From the NCBI GenBank assembly GCA_964234715.1, contig OZ174275.1: a DNA stretch of 64,000 nucleotides; one strand, 5' to 3'. Of the stretch, positions 59,051-64,000 are shown one piece after another. The notes below the pieces were generated by a model. It had not been told where the DNA came from. It saw only the letters and a list, made by a program, of their open reading frames with translations, and made no database searches. Each line of letters starts with the position of its first letter. Within the stretch, counting starts at the first letter, position 1. This DNA is from Podarcis melisellensis (Eukaryota). A program made the translations under genes and the position numbers.

Positions 59051-60171
59051 TATAGACAGTGCAGAACCAGATGGATCAATGGTCTGATTGGGTAAAAAGC
59101 AGCTTCCTGCGTTTGTACAGATAATTTCCTTTAGGCACACCTGGAGGTTTTTTAAAAAAACTTTTCTTATCTTCACTAGTGTTTCAGATTCTACCACTTC
59201 CCTTGAAAACCTCATTTTGTCCCAAATTCTGGAGTAGTATAAGACACAGGACTGGAAAAAACCAGTACCATTCAACCGATTTTGAAAGAGATATCATCAA
59301 TTTTGTTCAAGCAGAAGGCCGGGCCCTGGATGTTTTCATGAGGTCTAATTGTTTCTTGATTCAATATTGACAAAACAGAACATCTGTCATGACAGCAAGA
59401 TACTGTTAAGTGCCACTAAAAATTAAAATGCCTACAGTCATCAAATGTGCTTGGATGGCACTCACGCCACACTTTATATTTATTTGCATCAGATTACAAA
59501 ACATTGATTAGTAGAATTGTGTATACAACTAGATTTTTTTAAAATCCACCCCCACCAGATATTAACATTTGTATCACACATTTAATTATCTAATACCTTA
59601 TTTTGTTCAAAAATGACCTATTTTTGTACACACTAAAAAACCTTACATTGTCAAAGCAGAGCCCTATCATATCTGAAGCTTATTCATTTGAAAATAAGCA
59701 TACCTAGCAGTTAAAAACAAAATTCCACTTTCTTCTCAACAACTTCACTGAAAAAAATGTAACCTACTCATATGAACTGAAGCAAAAGCAGAAATTCTGC
59801 TCCTGTATGATCCAAGAGTTTGATTTGATTCATACACTTATAACATGACCCATTACCACTTCTCCCTTTCCAGAACTGGTCTCTAACCTAAGGCAACTAG
59901 GGAATAAACCGTCACATAAAATAGTTCTGTACATGATTTAATACAAGACACAGACTAATACTGCAGCCATAATAACCCACAGCAGTAAATATATTGCATC
60001 TCTGAAATCCATGTGTGTTGCCCTATAGGCTTTAAGAACTGACATCCAACAGCATTCCTTCTAGCATGTATTTTTAGTTGTAACATTGTTTGGTGTACCT
60101 AAAAATTGAACAAACCCATCCAATACATTACTTCTTTACGAAATGACATAACATGAAGCTACTTATTAGTA

Positions 60172-60217
60172 AAATAAATAAATAAATAAACAAATAAGCA
60201 AGCAAGCAAGCAAGCAA
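60172..60217. repeat. Compound (AAAT)n to (AAGC)n microsatellite
   Basis: Read directly. Confidence 0.9.
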
Positions 60218-63200
60218 ACAGCTATGTTCAAAACCCTACAAGGTTCTGCAGACTGTGTCCAAGTCATTTGCAGCAGTTCTGCCTGCATAGTCACTGAGAG
60301 CTGTGCCGAGTGGCATAAGCAGAAGAGGGAGCAATGCAAGCACTTCTGATCTGAGTAGCTGAAGGTAAGGCAACCTAGTGGCAAGGGATGTTGGAGAATT
60401 CTGATGAAAGTGGAAACAGGAAAAGGAAATTGCTGATGTTCGCTTTTTCGTCCCATGCCCAGAATGGAAATAAATCTAGCAAATACCATTAGTATTCATG
60501 TCATTGCTGATTTCAGTCCATCAACAACATGTTAATTGATCATGGCTCCCCTCCCTACTCCATTTACAATGCATTTCCTTCTTAATGAAATGAATGGGGT
60601 AGAATAACAATAATCCCTTTACCATCATGCAGAAATCCAAGATCTTTATACTTGGAAAAGCTGAAGTAGTATCCCCATCATCTTAATTTAAAGAAACTCA
60701 CCATAACAGATTTGGAGGATTTCTGGCCAATCTAAGAAAGAATAGCAACAGAGCTAAAATAATCCAGGATATATTTCCAGTGACCTTGTCATGTTTTCGA
60801 ATGACGAAGAATAAGAATAAGCTTTTATTATCTTATTTGCATGGCATGTTAATGACAGCTTTTAGTTAAACATTGGTGGAATCTTTATATTTTGTCTGAC
60901 TAACTGCAAATGCTAGTGTAGTAATTTTAAGATGTTATAGTGTGATGTATCACATTGCCCTGATAGAATACAGCTGTGTCTGACATAAATCTTTACTGGC
61001 ATAATAACATGAATAAATATTATACCACCTCTTGACAAAAAACTGACAATCAATTTCCAGAATAGGAAACTAGGATTAAGCATTTAAACCTCAGGCCCCT
61101 GAGGTAGAAGAAGGTAATCCTGTTTCTTGCATTAGGTTTCCTAGAGACAAGGAGATGGGTTTAGAATTTATAGATATATGTATTGAATTTTAAATAAATG
61201 AAGCTCATCCTTATATAATGCATTGCAGTGCTATTTACTTTCAAGTTCAATCCAAATGATTGATCTATCTACTTTAGAGGAAATAGCAGAGATAGACAAC
61301 TAATTTCAAAACAATTGTTTGTTAGGATTACTATCAGAATTTATAAGCGACTGTAATTGTCTCACATTCTGATAACCCCCCACCCCACCCTTTACAATGA
61401 CTGAATTTTATGGGTAGATACACTCACAGAATATTAAATTGTATTTCAGGGCAAGAATTTGTAATGCAGTTATGAAGGTTAGGTTTATAATAAACAGAGA
61501 AGAAAGAATATGAACAAAAGGGACATTAAGATTTTTAGAAAATAATAATGAGGGCCTGAATCCAGCAATTTTGCACCTCAGCTCTGTCTATAAGTTTATT
61601 TGATGAGGTTTTGTGCCTATATACAAAGTTTGAAACAGCTGAGTAATCCCCATGCCATCAAATCAAATTAAAGTTTATACAGCTGATATTACTGAGATGG
61701 GGAGTGCCACTTTTGTGATCATCTACAACTGCTCAACTCTCCAATCTATGTTGTCTGCCCAGCAGCAAACCCTTGTGCTATTAATCTGCCCATAAACCTA
61801 TTCCAAAATTCATACCGTAAACTTGGCATCAATATGGGCTGATCAGAAGCCTTAAAGTTTTATGCCACAGCCACTGGAAAAAATAAAACAGCCCGCTTGT
61901 GCATGCCCACATGCGATCAGAAGATTTGTGTGTCACTTCTAAGTATGCGGTAGCATAGTGCTGGGAACACTTTCACCTCAAACTACATAGAATATAACTC
62001 TTGTGTGAGCAAAAGAATTGAATTTTGTAGTTGTGGCTATATTTTCCCCTGCTTGATAAACCCCCGAATCCATATAATCAGAAGCAGCAGTTTATTAAAT
62101 AGGTATATATCCTAGCTGAAAAGTTTCTGTAGAAACGTGCTCCAAAACAGCAAGTAACCTCAACCTATGTGTGGTACTTAATGGTAGTAGGTTTCTTGGC
62201 AGAAGGGATAGTGTGCATAGTCTCCCAGCTGGGGGAAATGGTATAGCTGGACCTGGTTTTATAGCCTTTGACATAGGAAGTTCCCAAGAAAATGAATGTC
62301 TAAACCTTCGGACAAATATTGTAAAAAATGGGGGGAGGATCCCTACAATCTCTATTTCAATTTTCAAGATTTGCTCTTAGAAGAACAGGATGAGAATGTC
62401 TTAAACTCAGGTGGTTAAGCAGGGTCTTGTGAGACAGAGACCCACTAACTTTCAGTATCAACAGTTTCCCAGCTGATCTGGGAAATACAAACTTGCAGAC
62501 TGAACTTAGGTGATTTAGAGGGGGAGAATAGAACTAGACATGGGTCACAATCCAAGTTGGTATTATTCTGGGATGTAAGATCTCCAAGTTGTCTGGAATG
62601 CCTTAGATTGTTCATGCATAATTAAGGCCAACAAAAGAAGAAAATTGTTTGGAAAATCCTCTTTTATTTGGGATGCAGAATATTTCATGGGTAAAAAGGA
62701 TTATTACTATTACCATAATCTATTGCTGTACTTCTCAAAATGTAAGTCAATGGCATCACAGAGTTGGTTTGTTCAAAGTGAGCATGGGTCTTGAAGATAA
62801 ATGCAAAGATCCAATGACTTTTCAGTGTTGCATTATTGATTTAAATTAACCAACCCATATTAAAGACAAACTTCGTCGGGTAGATCCACTCAGTAAAAGA
62901 ACAGGAGCACCACTGGACCATAATACATGGGAATCAAATCTATCATTCCATCCAGGATTTGTAGGTGAAGCTAATAACAGTATTTAACTTTGGACCTTTA
63001 AAACCCCCAAAAAACCTCTTTTGTCTCAAAGGGAGCTAATTCCACTGCTTCTATTCTACTTCTGAATTTATTTATTTTTTAATCCTGTGTATGTCCCAAG
63101 GGAAATCTAGAATCCTAAACAAAACTACAAAAATTGTTCATAGTTAGTATATTCGGAATTATTTTATTATAAACTGATTAACAAATAAAAATGTAACCCA

Positions 63201-63256
63201 ATAAGAAAGGGAAGGGTTGCTTATTGGAAAAGTGACAAAACACTGATCCACCTTAC

Positions 63257-63325
63257 TTCATCAAGGCAACGTTCATACTGTTCTCTCTGATTTTCATTTT
63301 CCATAGCCAGTGCGGAATTCTCTGC
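63257..63325 (-). CDS. NCKAP5: NCKAP5 coding exon (AENSALAMENENQREQYERCLDE), coiled-coil region, phase 0-0
   Basis: Minus strand ttttctgtcttgcag|GCAGAG...GATGAA|gtaagg; 69 nt; peptide nearly identical to recalled vertebrate NCKAP5 AENSALALENENQREQYERCLDE. Confidence 0.96.
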
Positions 63326-64000
63326 CTGCAAGACAGAAAAGTAATGCAAATTAATCAGTGGGCATGGTGTGAAACATGACAATCCAATCAATACATTTAC
63401 CCTATACACCTCCTCAGGATCCAAAATAAACTCAGGGTGGGGGGGAGTGCGGATAAATAAATAAACAATAAACTAAATCTATGTGCTCTCATTTGCTGTT
63501 ACAAATAACAGAAATTCTATTAGCTTTATGAAATTACCACAAAATACATTACAATTTAGAGAACGGCAGACATTGCTATTCTACACATCTCTGTAATCTA
63601 TTCTTGGCAGATGCAGAAAACAGCCTTTAGTATAAACACTGCAGTGGATATTTTGCACATCAATTTTCTTTTATTCAAGCTTGCCAAGCTCGAATGCTTG
63701 AAAATCATGAGTCAGGGGCATTTTCTTCCCTTTCCAAACCACAAAGCTTAGCTTAATATTAAGAGATTTAGAGATACAATAATAAAATGCAATTTCTTTT
63801 TATCATCTGAACATTGCAGCATTGATGGATAGCACAGCCATATTTTAGGAGTGGTTTTTCTTTCTGATATCATAAAATCTAGAAATGCAGCACACACTTT
63901 TCTCTTACACTGGGTGCAATGGCTCAAGCCTATTTTGTCCAGTGTAATAGGTGGACAGTATATAAGCTCACCTCCAATTATCATAAATATATATGAATAG

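Larger units (their letters stand above)
58305..59108 (+). mobile_element. tRNA-derived SINE (Squam3-like) split by nested insertions (58305-58419 and 59051-59108)
   Basis: Head ggtcatagctgagt...gcatctgctttgaatgcagaaagtcctggttcaat; tail agatggatcaatggtctgattgggtaaaaagcagcttcct. Confidence 0.7.

Noticed and set aside
62095-62380. Overlapping 90-aa and 69-aa ORFs
   Set aside because: No recognisable domain or convincing splice sites.
1-64000. CRISPR arrays, operons or other prokaryotic systems
   Set aside because: The sequence is intron-rich vertebrate DNA; no regularly spaced direct repeats were seen.

Overview
Vertebrate genomic DNA, almost certainly from a squamate reptile (lacertid-lizard-like, judged from Sauria SINEs and associated repeats). 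The whole window lies inside one minus-strand gene, NCKAP5. Seven coding exons with canonical AG/GT boundaries and matching phases can be read: 63257-63325, 58203-58241, 48686-48805, 10936-11040, 6930-7121, a giant 3767-nt exon at 1633-5399, and an exon cut by the window edge at 1-59. Together they give about 1450 aa; the start and stop codons lie outside the window. The introns contain Sauria SINEs, tRNA-headed SINEs, L2 LINE fragments, Tc1/mariner- and hAT-type MITEs, Penelope remnants, microsatellites and a 150-N gap. The most notable observation is a 725-bp TSD-flanked non-coding retroelement (5973-6697) whose 5' end folds by eye into an HDV-like self-cleaving ribozyme with a large J1/2 and an extra hairpin in or next to L3. 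Other notable items are degenerate Penelope hammerhead motifs, a four-layer nested insertion and a likely template-switch palindrome. Repeat family names and human NCKAP5 comparisons are from recall, not database searches.
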